A stretch of DNA of 64,000 nucleotides from Nitrospirota bacterium (GTDB taxonomy: Bacteria > Patescibacteriota > Gracilibacteria > UBA1369 > LOWO2-01-FULL-3), in NCBI GenBank assembly GCA_043816165.1, contig JBDRIE010000037.1, forward strand, positions 1,890-65,889, in the 5' to 3' direction. Below the pieces are notes generated by a model. The model saw nothing but the letters and a program-made list of their open reading frames with translations, searched no databases and was not told the DNA's origin. Below are positions 38,658 to 48,321 of the stretch, one piece after another. Within the stretch, counting starts at the first letter, position 1. Every line of letters begins with the position of its first letter. Position numbers and translations under genes: made by a program.

Positions 38658-39632
38658 TTATCCAACTACCTCCATCCCAATATCGAAATTCTCCACATTT
38701 CTCGTCAAACATCCCATAGAAATGACGTCTACGCCTGTTTTTGCGTATTCTAAGACATTTTTCTCTGTAATCCCCCCTGAAGCCTCAAACAACACATCAT
38801 CATAGTATCTTTGCCCCTTTATATCTTTCATAGCCGCAGAAACTTCAGCAGCAGACATATTATCCATCATTACCACTCCAATTGAGTTCAATTTCTTATT
38901 TTTTGTTAATTCTGAAAACTTTTCAGCAACTTTTTTTGCCTCCTCAGCATTATCAACCTCGATTTCCAGGAATCTAAAATCATTCTCACTATTTTTGATT
39001 CTCGCAAAAACATCATCAAAATCCCTCTTCAAAACGTCCAAATGAGTATCTTTCAGAATAACTGCGTCAGAAAGATTGATCCTATGAGTTCCACCACCAC
39101 CAATCAAAACCGCTTTTTTGTCTAATAATCCCCACAAAGTTTTTCTTGTCGGTGTTACCAAAACATCATACTCCTTTACAATATCAACAATTCCTTTAGT
39201 AAATGTAGCCACAGAACTCATTCGCATAAGTAAATTCAATATCACGCGTTCAGCCGCCAAAAGATCCTGAGCGTTTGCTGTAATTTTCATAATCACATCC
39301 CCCTTTTTTACAAAATCTCCATCATTAACCTTAAAATCTATATCAAATACCCCTTTTAAACTTGGTCGAAAATTTGGATCAGAATCGATCAAGAAGTATT
39401 TAATCTCCCTTATACCCGCTATTATTCCTTCGCTTCTGGAAACTATTTTCCCCGTAATCTTAAATTCTCCATCCGCAAACAATAGATTTGTACTGACGTC
39501 TCCTTTAGTCCCTAAATCTTTTTCCAATTCCAAAAAAGTATACCTAAAAACCCATTGCTTATAAGCAGAATTACCAATTTCCAAAAAATTATCCGCTTTG
39601 TGAGTAAATTGTACTATCGATTTTCGGTCCAT
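38658..39632 (-). CDS. nadC: nicotinate-nucleotide diphosphorylase (carboxylating), quinolinate phosphoribosyltransferase
   Basis: TPTRKTLWGLLDKKAVLIGGGGTHRINLSDAVILKDTH. ATG 39632 lies 1 nt after the nadA stop; the ORF-track start at 39647 is TTG. Confidence 0.8.
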   Translation of the reverse strand: MDRKSIVQFTHKADNFLEIGNSAYKQWVFRYTFLELEKDLGTKGDVSTNLLFADGEFKITGKIVSRSEGIIAGIREIKYFLIDSDPNFRPSLKGVFDIDFKVNDGDFVKKGDVIMKITANAQDLLAAERVILNLLMRMSSVATFTKGIVDIVKEYDVLVTPTRKTLWGLLDKKAVLIGGGGTHRINLSDAVILKDTHLDVLKRDFDDVFARIKNSENDFRFLEIEVDNAEEAKKVAEKFSELTKNKKLNSIGVVMMDNMSAAEVSAAMKDIKGQRYYDDVLFEASGGITEKNVLEYAKTGVDVISMGCLTRNVENFDIGMEVVG

Positions 39633-39633
39633 A

Positions 39634-40533
39634 TTAAGAAAGTTCAAGCATCTTATCTAACGTAGTTCTAGCCATGTCCGCTACACTTTTTTCTACCTTG
39701 ACCTCCACTTTTTCGTTTATCAAACAGTCGAGAACTGATTCTAATGTATTTTTCTTCATATCGAAACACATATTGCAAAGACCGTAGAAATTTTTATCAG
39801 GCAATTCACGTTTCAATCTTTCGGTCATTCCACACTCAGTCAGTATAAAAAATTCCCTGGCCGGATCTCGCCGCGCCGCTTCAATCATACCTGTAGTGCT
39901 ACAAACATGATCTGCTAACATCAAAACTTCGGGTCTACACTCAGGATGTGCAATAATCTTTGCCTCCGGATGATCTTCTCGAATTTTCTCAACATACTCC
40001 TTCGTAAGTGAATGATGCACCGGACAAAACCCTTTCCAGGGTATAATTTTCTTCTCTGGAACTTTAGTTTGCACATAGGCCGCCAAATTCTTATCCGGTA
40101 CAAAAATTATCTCATCTGCATCCAGCTGACTTACTATTTTCGCTGCATTTGATGATGTACAGCAAACATCGGACTCTGCCTTTACCGCTGCTGATGAATT
40201 CACATAGCAAACAACGGTCGCATTTGGATGCTTCTTCTTGAAATTTATTAAATCCTCAGCCTCCACCATATCTGCCATAGCACAGCCGGCATCAATATAA
40301 GGAACAATGACTTTTTTGCCCGGATTCAGTAGACAAGCAGACTCAGCCATGAAATGAACTCCACAAAAAACGATCAGCTCTGCTTCTGTTTTAGCCGCTT
40401 CCTGACACAACTGCAACGAATCACCGATAAAATCTGCCACATCATAAATTTCCGGCCTCTGATAACTATGAGCAAGAATTATTGCGTTCTTCTCTTTTTT
40501 GAGTTGTTGGATTTGGTCAACAATATCGCTCAT
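39634..40533 (-). CDS. nadA: quinolinate synthase NadA
   Basis: AHSYQRPEIYDVADFIGDSLQL, conserved Cys ligands, 299 aa. Confidence 0.85.
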   Translation of the reverse strand: MSDIVDQIQQLKKEKNAIILAHSYQRPEIYDVADFIGDSLQLCQEAAKTEAELIVFCGVHFMAESACLLNPGKKVIVPYIDAGCAMADMVEAEDLINFKKKHPNATVVCYVNSSAAVKAESDVCCTSSNAAKIVSQLDADEIIFVPDKNLAAYVQTKVPEKKIIPWKGFCPVHHSLTKEYVEKIREDHPEAKIIAHPECRPEVLMLADHVCSTTGMIEAARRDPAREFFILTECGMTERLKRELPDKNFYGLCNMCFDMKKNTLESVLDCLINEKVEVKVEKSVADMARTTLDKMLELS

Positions 40534-40589
40534 AATCGAAAATTAATCTCCCCGGAAAGAAATTATACATTACGCCTTTTATAAAACAA

Positions 40590-41126
40590 CTACATCACAC
40601 CATGAACAAACCGCAACCAAAGAGTTTTAAGATTTTCCATAGAAGCTTTAACCAGTTGAACTAAAAGCCCTTTCAATTCTCGTATTTTTTTCATCAAATT
40701 TGTCATTTCAAAAAAGCTCATCCCGCTTGGTACGGCCATCAATTTTACTGCTTTTTTGTGAAGATATTTAATTTCTTTCTTAATTTCGCTTTCGATTTGT
40801 TTACGCATCAGTTTTTCACCTGGAAGATTCTTTAGCAAATTTGCCCGAATTGTCTCTGGATCAACCGGTGCGAATCCTTTTTGAGCCGCTCCAGTCGCTC
40901 CAGTCGCTCCACCACCCTTTTGCTCTGACTGATCTTTAATAACCTCACTAACTCTTCCGGTAGTTTCTACCGACTCTTCATAATCAGCCGCCTCTTGAAT
41001 CGCCTCTCTTCCAACCCCGGCTTTCCGGATTTCTTTACTCTCTTCTGTTTTCTTAAAAACAGACTCTTTTTTCGTCTCCAAAGATGGCTTATTGCTTACT
41101 TTATTTATTTGTGAATCTGACACCAT
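40590..41126 (-). CDS. hypothetical protein (charged N-terminus, helical C-terminus)
   Basis: Clean ORF with a candidate promoter: TTGACA (41178-41173), 17 nt spacer, TAAAAT (41155-41150). No motif recognised. Confidence 0.55.
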   Translation of the reverse strand: MVSDSQINKVSNKPSLETKKESVFKKTEESKEIRKAGVGREAIQEAADYEESVETTGRVSEVIKDQSEQKGGGATGATGAAQKGFAPVDPETIRANLLKNLPGEKLMRKQIESEIKKEIKYLHKKAVKLMAVPSGMSFFEMTNLMKKIRELKGLLVQLVKASMENLKTLWLRFVHGVM

Positions 41127-41258
41127 ATTTTTTATAATTACACTACTAAATTTTAAACTAGAAACGGCTTATTGTCAACCATCTGTGCCTGGCAAAACGG
41201 ATTGTAACAACAATGCCTACTCTGTAAAATGATCAAGTATCATATAAACGAAAACTTA

Positions 41259-43886
41259 ATGAATTTCAACATAGAATCTGCATATGAAGCAAAAAAATAT
41301 GAGGACAAGATTTATAAAAAATGGGAAGAAAGTGGAGCCTTCAAGCCAAAAATTGATCCCAAAAAGAAGCCGTTTGTGATTTCTATGCCACCACCAAACG
41401 CTACCGGAGTTCTTCACCTTGGACATGCAGTAATGCTCGCACTGGAAGATATCATGATCAGATACAACAGAATGCAAGGCACTCCATCTCTGTGGCTACC
41501 AGGCACAGATCACGCTTCTATAGCAACTCAAAACAAAGTCGAGCAATTATTAGCTAAAAAAGGGAAAACCAAATACGATCTTGGGAGAAAAGATTTTCTA
41601 AAAGAAGTTCATAAATTCGTAAAAAAATCTCAAGACACCATCAGGAACCAGATTCGAAAAATGGGATCCAGCTGTGACTGGAGCAGAGAAAGATATACAC
41701 TCGACAAAGGGCTTACGGATGCAGTCCAGGAAGTATTCATCAGGATGCACAAAGATGGGCTTATCTACAGAGGCGATAGAATCGTAAACTGGTGCCCACG
41801 CTGCGAATCCACACTTGCAAATGACGAAGTGCAGTACAAAGAGGTAAAGGAAAAGCTATATTGGATAGAATACGGTGATTTCGTTGTGGCAACTACCAGA
41901 CCCGAAACGATGCTAGGGGATACAGCTGTGGCAGTTCATCCAAGCGACAAGAGATACAAAAAGATGATCGGCAAGAAAGTAATGATACCCGGACCACTTG
42001 GAGATTTCGAAGTAACTGTGGTTGGAGACAAAGAAGTAGATCCAAAATTCGGATCCGGTGCGGTAAAAGTAACTCCTGGACATAGCTTTGTAGATTTTGA
42101 AATCGCACAAAGAAACGATTTGCAGATAAAATCAGTTATTGACGAAAAAGGCATCATGAAAAATAACTGCGGGAAATACGCAGGAATGACAACCCTGGAA
42201 TGCAGAAAAGAACTGGTAAAAGATCTCGATAAATTAAACAAAATAACAAAAATAGAAGACTACAGTCACAACCTATCCATCTGCTATAGATGCGATCATC
42301 CAATCGAGCCACTAATATCAAAGCAATGGTTTATAAATGTTGATAAACCCGTGATCAAAGAAGGGAACAAGAAAAAATCAATAAAGGAAAAAGCAATCGA
42401 AGTTGTAAAAAACGGAGAAATCAAAATATTACCGGACAAATTTAACAAGACATATTTCCACTGGATGGAAAACCTACACGATTGGTGCATATCCAGACAA
42501 ATCTGGTTCGGTCATAGAATCCCGGTTTGGTATTGCAAAGATTGCGACCACCTAGAGGTAAGCAAAGAAAAACCAAACAAGTGCAAGAAATGTAAAGATG
42601 ATAAATGGAAGCAAGATGCAGACACTCTCGATACTTGGTTTTCATCCGGATTATGGACGTTTTCTACCCTTGGATGGCCGAAAAAAACTAAAGATCTAAA
42701 ATACTTCCATCCAACTTCGGTTATGGAAACAGGCTATGACATCCTGTTTTTCTGGGTAGCTAGAATGATAATAATGACAACATACACTCTCAAAGAAATC
42801 CCATTCCACACCATATATCTCCACGGATTAATTAGAGATCGACATGGAAACAAAATGAGTAAATCCAAACCGGAAACATGTATTGATCCACTAGAAATGA
42901 TAAAAAAATACGGCACGGACGCAGTTCGCTTGAGCCTTGTGATTGGTAGCACACCGGGAAGCGATATGCGGCTTTATGAAGAGAAAATTGGAGGGTACAG
43001 GAATTTCATAAACAAAATTTGGAACGCTGCGAGATTCGCTCTTATGAACGTTTCAAAAGAAGATTTAAAGAAAAAGTTTGAACCTGGAATGATCAAATCG
43101 TTTGCTGATAAATGGATTTTGACTGAACTGCAATCACTTATAAAAGAGGTAGACACAGATATGAAAAACTACAGATTCTCCGATGCAGGGACGAAAATAT
43201 ACGAATTTATTTGGAAAAACTATTGCGATTGGTACCTTGAAGTTTGCAAAGGACAGCACGTAAACCCGCCTGTTCTCCTCTACGCACTAAAAACATCACT
43301 GAAACTACTACATCCATTTGTCCCATTTGTTACCGAAAAATTATGGGAATTCATAGATGACAAAAACATGCTCATAACCGAAGATTGGCCTAAATTCGAC
43401 AAGAATCTTGTATTCAAAGAAGAAAAGAAAACTATGGAGCTAATCCACGAAATTATTAGTGGAATTAGAAGCGTAAGAGCTGAACAAGGAGTTGAACCTG
43501 TAAAGAAAATCCATGCAATTATTTACGGTGGATCGAAAGCAAAAGACATTGAGGAAAAGAGAGAAGCTATTATGAGGATGGCAAGATTGGAGTCATTGGA
43601 AATTAAAAACAAAGGAGAAAAAATTCCAAAATCAAAAGTCATTCATGTCGGAAAAACTACTACATACTTGCCATTAAAGGATCTTATCGACACAGACAAA
43701 GAAGCTATTAGATTAAAAAAGGAAATTGAAGAAAAGCAAAAATTCATTAAATCATTAGAAAAGAAACTTTCCAACAAAGGGTTTACCGCAAATGCCCCAA
43801 AAGAAGTCGTAGAGAAAAACAGAGAAAGACTTGAGGACGAAAAAGACAAACTCTCAAAATCGCGTGCGCTTCTCAAAGACTTGTAA
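41259..43886 (+). CDS. valS: valine--tRNA ligase
   Basis: PPPNATGVLHLGHA (HIGH), KMSKS, and a C-terminal coiled coil. The start is uncertain. ATG 41229 overlaps a candidate -10 (TTGTAA 41202-41207, 17 nt spacer, TAAAAT 41225-41230), so ATG 41259 is preferred. Confidence 0.9.
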   Translation: MNFNIESAYEAKKYEDKIYKKWEESGAFKPKIDPKKKPFVISMPPPNATGVLHLGHAVMLALEDIMIRYNRMQGTPSLWLPGTDHASIATQNKVEQLLAKKGKTKYDLGRKDFLKEVHKFVKKSQDTIRNQIRKMGSSCDWSRERYTLDKGLTDAVQEVFIRMHKDGLIYRGDRIVNWCPRCESTLANDEVQYKEVKEKLYWIEYGDFVVATTRPETMLGDTAVAVHPSDKRYKKMIGKKVMIPGPLGDFEVTVVGDKEVDPKFGSGAVKVTPGHSFVDFEIAQRNDLQIKSVIDEKGIMKNNCGKYAGMTTLECRKELVKDLDKLNKITKIEDYSHNLSICYRCDHPIEPLISKQWFINVDKPVIKEGNKKKSIKEKAIEVVKNGEIKILPDKFNKTYFHWMENLHDWCISRQIWFGHRIPVWYCKDCDHLEVSKEKPNKCKKCKDDKWKQDADTLDTWFSSGLWTFSTLGWPKKTKDLKYFHPTSVMETGYDILFFWVARMIIMTTYTLKEIPFHTIYLHGLIRDRHGNKMSKSKPETCIDPLEMIKKYGTDAVRLSLVIGSTPGSDMRLYEEKIGGYRNFINKIWNAARFALMNVSKEDLKKKFEPGMIKSFADKWILTELQSLIKEVDTDMKNYRFSDAGTKIYEFIWKNYCDWYLEVCKGQHVNPPVLLYALKTSLKLLHPFVPFVTEKLWEFIDDKNMLITEDWPKFDKNLVFKEEKKTMELIHEIISGIRSVRAEQGVEPVKKIHAIIYGGSKAKDIEEKREAIMRMARLESLEIKNKGEKIPKSKVIHVGKTTTYLPLKDLIDTDKEAIRLKKEIEEKQKFIKSLEKKLSNKGFTANAPKEVVEKNRERLEDEKDKLSKSRALLKDL

Positions 43887-43950
43887 AAGGCTAAATGATC
43901 GACATATCGAGCAAATTTTGCTATAATTCTGTTGTAAAATAAAAATAAAA

Positions 43951-44874
43951 ATGTCTGAAAAAGCGTTTTTCACACAAGTCGAACAGAATATAGAAATAAT
44001 GATTTCTGAAGGTAAGTTAAAAGAAGCTTACGAAAAATGTAAGCGCTATTTGTCGCAGTATCCTGACGAAAACGTTTTTGCTGATTTGATGAGAAAGATC
44101 GAAAAAGAAGTTGAAGAAAAAAACGACAAAGTAATCAAAGACAAAATCAATGAAGTGGAACCCCTCTGGGATAAAAAAGACTATGTCGCAATTTTAAACA
44201 AGCTTAAACCATTGCTAGCAATTGCGCCCAACAACTCAAAAATAAAAAGTCTTATACTAAAAGCACAGGATAAATATAGAAAAGAAGTTGAAAATCTACA
44301 GAAGGACTTTAGAAAAAAACATGAAGAAAGGTTGAACGAACTATTAGAAAAAGACGAGAAAGAACTACTGACTGAACTTTTTTCAATGGAAAAAAACAGT
44401 CCCGGGAACAAACAAGTACAAGGAATTACTAAAGAATACAGAGATAGATTGATAAAAAGAAAAATAAAAAGCAAAGAAGATCTAATTTATTCTGAAAAAT
44501 TTGACGATATATCCCATTTTATCTCTCAATTGAAAAAAATTGATAAAAACAACAAACTCATCAGCGATCTTGAGGGAGATCTGAAAACGAGACAACATGG
44601 AACACAAGTTGATGAAAAAGGGGAATATATGTATAAATCGAATACGCATCTAGATACCCTAATGAGGCTTGGGAAATACGACAAGGCGGCAAAAGTCGCC
44701 GAAGAATTGCTAGCCGTAGACAAAGGAAATAAAAAACTTTTGAAAATCAAAGAAAAAGCTGAACGTAAAGTCAATAATGAAACAAGAGAAATTGCAATCA
44801 AATCCGTACAAGAAAATCTTCCGGCCCTAAAAAAAGATTATGAAGCTGACAAGAGCCAATTTGTGAAAATTTAA
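43951..44874 (+). CDS. hypothetical Lys/Glu-rich helical (coiled-coil/TPR-like) protein
   Basis: Clean 307-aa ORF. No motif recognised. Confidence 0.55.
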   Translation: MSEKAFFTQVEQNIEIMISEGKLKEAYEKCKRYLSQYPDENVFADLMRKIEKEVEEKNDKVIKDKINEVEPLWDKKDYVAILNKLKPLLAIAPNNSKIKSLILKAQDKYRKEVENLQKDFRKKHEERLNELLEKDEKELLTELFSMEKNSPGNKQVQGITKEYRDRLIKRKIKSKEDLIYSEKFDDISHFISQLKKIDKNNKLISDLEGDLKTRQHGTQVDEKGEYMYKSNTHLDTLMRLGKYDKAAKVAEELLAVDKGNKKLLKIKEKAERKVNNETREIAIKSVQENLPALKKDYEADKSQFVKI

Positions 44875-45941
44875 GCTTTTCTTAATTGGTATCTTTTACG
44901 ACCTACTCTTTCAAAGCAATCGTTATTCTTCAATGCTAAAACAATTGTAATCTCTTTTACCTGCCTTTGTTTTAGAACCGATTCTATGATTTTCTCCTGC
45001 GTAAGTTCCTTTTCCATTTTCAAGATCCTTTCAATTACTTTTGAAACCGTTCCTTTTTCATATCCCCACTCGGCCAACGCATAAATGCCTCTTCCTATCA
45101 AAACAAACTGCTCATGCCTTATCAACTCATTGTGTACAGCTTGCACATTGATATTTCTATTATCGAAATTAGCCGCTGAAATTTTTTCGGCCATATCTAC
45201 AAAGTGCATAGGGTTTCTTTCTTTTCTGAGTATAAACAAAATCTTATCCCTTAAAGTTCTTGGATGAATATGCCTCCATTCCATCAAACCAACCAAATCA
45301 TCATCAATCATCGTTATTCTTTTATCAATGTTGATTAATGATTTTGTTCTCTTCAAGTCAAACTCTGATTCTTCCATTACATTCTTCAGATCTGAATGAA
45401 TTTTTTCTATTTTTTTAACATCACCATATTTATGCAATTGGTTCACCAATTTATCCGAAACATATTTCAAAGAAAAATCTGCAAATTTCTCTTCTTTAAT
45501 ATATGGGTGAAAATTTATTGTGTTGCCAATGCATTCCAAACCGTCATGAAGAACAAATGATAAATGCAAATTATTCTTACTCAATTCAACATTTGGGGGC
45601 ACAATTTGATCAAACTGCCTTAGAAGAAGGTCCTCTTTTATAAATCCACCATTGGTTCTTACCGAAGAAAGTACGAAATCATGTAGATTTCTCAACGCTG
45701 TGTTAAAGACATTTCTTCTCATTTTTGATAACGCATTTTTTTCTATTTGCCTTATTCGTTCTCGGGTTACAGAAAATTCTTTTCCTATTTCATCTAGCGT
45801 GCGTTTTCTTCTTCCATCCAGATTGAACCTTTTTTTAATTACAGATTTTTCCTTGTCTGAAAGCAATAACAGGAGATTGTTGATCAATGGAGGAAGGTCC
45901 AGCAGCGTTTGTATAATAGGTGTACTGGTGGAAGTATTCAT
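44871..45941 (-). CDS. sigma-70 region-4-like HTH fused to HARE-HTH-like winged helices, paralog 2
   Basis: [15 protein letters not shown]...[30 protein letters not shown], then [11 protein letters not shown] and [11 protein letters not shown]. Same architecture and length as 37211-38275. Confidence 0.65.
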   Translation of the reverse strand: MNTSTSTPIIQTLLDLPPLINNLLLLLSDKEKSVIKKRFNLDGRRKRTLDEIGKEFSVTRERIRQIEKNALSKMRRNVFNTALRNLHDFVLSSVRTNGGFIKEDLLLRQFDQIVPPNVELSKNNLHLSFVLHDGLECIGNTINFHPYIKEEKFADFSLKYVSDKLVNQLHKYGDVKKIEKIHSDLKNVMEESEFDLKRTKSLINIDKRITMIDDDLVGLMEWRHIHPRTLRDKILFILRKERNPMHFVDMAEKISAANFDNRNINVQAVHNELIRHEQFVLIGRGIYALAEWGYEKGTVSKVIERILKMEKELTQEKIIESVLKQRQVKEITIVLALKNNDCFERVGRKRYQLRKA

Positions 45942-46043
45942 GGAATGAGGGTTATTTTTCTAATTGCGATTATAAAAAGATTTTGCCAAATGAGCAAAAA
46001 AAAGGTCTTGTGATTGTTGTCAAAATGGTTTCTTATTTAATAA

Positions 46044-46355
46044 TTATGGAGAGAATTTGTAGCCAATGCAGTGTACTGTTTCGATAAATACGTTGCAATT
46101 ATGTGTAGATAATTTTTGTCGTAATTTGCTTACATGCACATCTACAGTATTTGTTGGACAGCAAATATTCCTGTCCCAAACATCTTCCAAAATTCTTGTT
46201 CTACTCAAAACAATATCTACATTTCTCATAAAATATTCCATAAGGTTAAATTCTTTATTCCGTAAAAAAACTCTTCGATTACTTATAAAAAGTATGCGAG
46301 AATTTCTGTCTAACTTTAACACCCCAAAATCAAAATAGTTTTTTTCTTTATACAT
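46044..46355 (-). CDS. stand-alone OmpR/PhoB-type winged-helix DNA-binding domain protein (no receiver domain)
   Basis: LRNKEFNLMEYFMRN...VLSRTRILEDVWD...TNTVDVHVSKLRQKL...IETVHCIGYKF matches the Trans_reg_C pattern. Only 103 aa. Confidence 0.7.
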   Translation of the reverse strand: MYKEKNYFDFGVLKLDRNSRILFISNRRVFLRNKEFNLMEYFMRNVDIVLSRTRILEDVWDRNICCPTNTVDVHVSKLRQKLSTHNCNVFIETVHCIGYKFSP

Positions 46356-46527
46356 ATTAAAAAATTATTGGTACTAATTTAATAAAGCGAAAAGCAATAA
46401 ATTCAAAATCTATATTCACCAACGACCCAGGATTGGCTTGTTTATAAGGATAACGACCGGAAAAAAGTGTTGTTGATAAATGTACAACAGATTTGTAAAC
46501 TAAAGCTAATCAATTAACAAAAAAAAT

Positions 46528-46779
46528 ATGGCTGAAGAAAAGAAAAAATATAAAGTTAAACTTCCTGAAGACAAAGAAGAAGGAGTATATGCAAATGCCG
46601 CATCGGTCCATTTCAATTCAAATGAATGCGTAGTGGATATGGCATACGTCATTCCAAACGCAAGCGAGCCGATTCTGAAAGTTGTAAGCCGGGTTAACAT
46701 GAGCCACAAAACCGCCGAATCATTTCTAAAAATTCTTTCTAATGCTATTTTAGATTACAAAAATAAACAAAAAGAATAA
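46528..46779 (+). CDS. DUF3467-like small protein
   Basis: GVYANAASVHFNSNECVVDMAYV pattern. Its stop overlaps the glyQS ATG (TAATG). Confidence 0.6.
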   Translation: MAEEKKKYKVKLPEDKEEGVYANAASVHFNSNECVVDMAYVIPNASEPILKVVSRVNMSHKTAESFLKILSNAILDYKNKQKE

Positions 46780-48155
46780 TGGAAAATTTAATGGAAAAAG
46801 TAGTAGCCCTTTGCAAAAGAAGAGGTTTTATATTCCCCGGGTCTGAAATATATGGAGGACTGGCCAACACTTGGGACTATGGTCCATACGGAACAGAGCT
46901 CAAAAATAATATAAAACAGCACTGGTGGAAAACATTCGTGCAAAAAAGAGACGACATGGTCGGTCTTGATTCTGCAATTCTTATGAACCCAAAAGTTTGG
47001 GAAGCATCCGGGCACGTTAATTCTTTTTCAGATCCATTAATGGATTGCAAGAATTGCAAAGAGAGAGTTCGCGGAGATCAATTAATCGAAAACAAATTAG
47101 GAGTAGAAGCAGCTGTTGGCAAAACACTGAAAGAAATTGGAGAAATCATTAAAGAAGAAAAAATTCAATGCCCAAAATGTGGAAAGTGTGACTTTACCGA
47201 AGCAAGATCATTCAACCTAATGTTTAAAACTCACCAAGGTGTAATTGAAGAAACAGCAGCGGCAGTCTACCTAAGACCGGAGACCGCGCAAGGAATATTC
47301 GTCAATTTCAAAAATATCGTCCAAACCTGCAGAAAAAAAATTCCATTTGGAATAGCCCAAATCGGGAAATCATTCAGAAATGAAATTACTCCGGGAAATT
47401 TTACATTCAGAACACGTGAATTTGAACAAATGGAAATCGAATATTTCGTTTCTCCTACCGAAAAAGAAGACATTAAGAGAATTTTTGATGAATGGAAAAA
47501 GGATTGTTTTGATTGGTATGTTGAAATTGGTGGTAAAAAGAAAAATCTACGCTACAGAGAGCACGACAAGGACGAATTGTCACATTATTCTACAATGACA
47601 TACGATATTGAATACAAATTCCCGTTTGGGTGGGGTGAATTAATGGGACTCGCATATAGAGGAAACTTTGACCTTACTCAGCACGAACATTATTCCGGCG
47701 CAGATTTGAAATATACAGACCCGATTACTAACGAAAAGTATTTACCTGATGTCATAGAACCATCATTCGGTGCCGAAAGATCTACATTGACCATACTGTT
47801 AGACGCATACGACGAAGACAAAATTGGCGATGAAGAAAGAACGGTTATGCGCTTCGCTCCGGCAATTGCTCCGGTAAAAGTCGCGATTTTTCCCTTAATG
47901 AAGAAGGAAAAGCTAATAAAAACCGCAAAAAAAATTTTTGATGAGCTAAAAGATAAAATGAAAGTAGAATACGATGAAGCGGGAACTATTGGTAAAAGAT
48001 ACCGAAGACAAGATGAAATTGGTACGCCATACTGCGTTACCGTCGATTTCGACACTCTTGAGGACAAAACAGTCACTATTCGTGATCGAGACACAACAAA
48101 GCAGAAAAGAGTAGCGATCAAAGAACTCCTTGAAGGGGAAATCCTGAAGTTTTAA
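46779..48155 (+). CDS. glyQS: glycine--tRNA ligase (alpha2 homodimeric type)
   Basis: RRGFIFPGSEIYGGLANTWDYGPYG, FRNEITPGNFTFRTREFEQME. Confidence 0.92.
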   Translation: MENLMEKVVALCKRRGFIFPGSEIYGGLANTWDYGPYGTELKNNIKQHWWKTFVQKRDDMVGLDSAILMNPKVWEASGHVNSFSDPLMDCKNCKERVRGDQLIENKLGVEAAVGKTLKEIGEIIKEEKIQCPKCGKCDFTEARSFNLMFKTHQGVIEETAAAVYLRPETAQGIFVNFKNIVQTCRKKIPFGIAQIGKSFRNEITPGNFTFRTREFEQMEIEYFVSPTEKEDIKRIFDEWKKDCFDWYVEIGGKKKNLRYREHDKDELSHYSTMTYDIEYKFPFGWGELMGLAYRGNFDLTQHEHYSGADLKYTDPITNEKYLPDVIEPSFGAERSTLTILLDAYDEDKIGDEERTVMRFAPAIAPVKVAIFPLMKKEKLIKTAKKIFDELKDKMKVEYDEAGTIGKRYRRQDEIGTPYCVTVDFDTLEDKTVTIRDRDTTKQKRVAIKELLEGEILKF

Positions 48156-48165
48156 TCAAGCTTGA

Positions 48166-48258
48166 GAGGGAAAAGTTGTAAATTTATAATCAAGCGAATC
48201 TGGCCTAATAAAATTAGGCTCAAGTTGAGCGAAGATTAGAAACTTAAACTTTTCCCTC
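48166..48258. other. nested inverted-repeat element (about 93 nt rod-like hairpin) between glyQS and the second TraD-like gene
   Basis: Outer 12-bp stem GAGGGAAAAGTT (48166-48177)/AACTTTTCCCTC (48247-48258). Middle stem AATCT/AGATT. Inner hairpin GCCTAAT-aaa-ATTAGGC (48203-48219). No U-tract follows. Confidence 0.45.
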
Positions 48259-48321
48259 CCTAACCATTGTTAAAACCGCTCTTTTCTGCTAAAATATAGG
48301 GAAAACTAAAACAAAAAAAGC

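Noticed and set aside
38467-38712. ORFs overlapping tRNA genes (38467..38712 -, 23320..23544 -, 53766..54005 -)
   Set aside because: They are translations of tRNA sequences and their flanks. The cloverleaf structures explain the regions.
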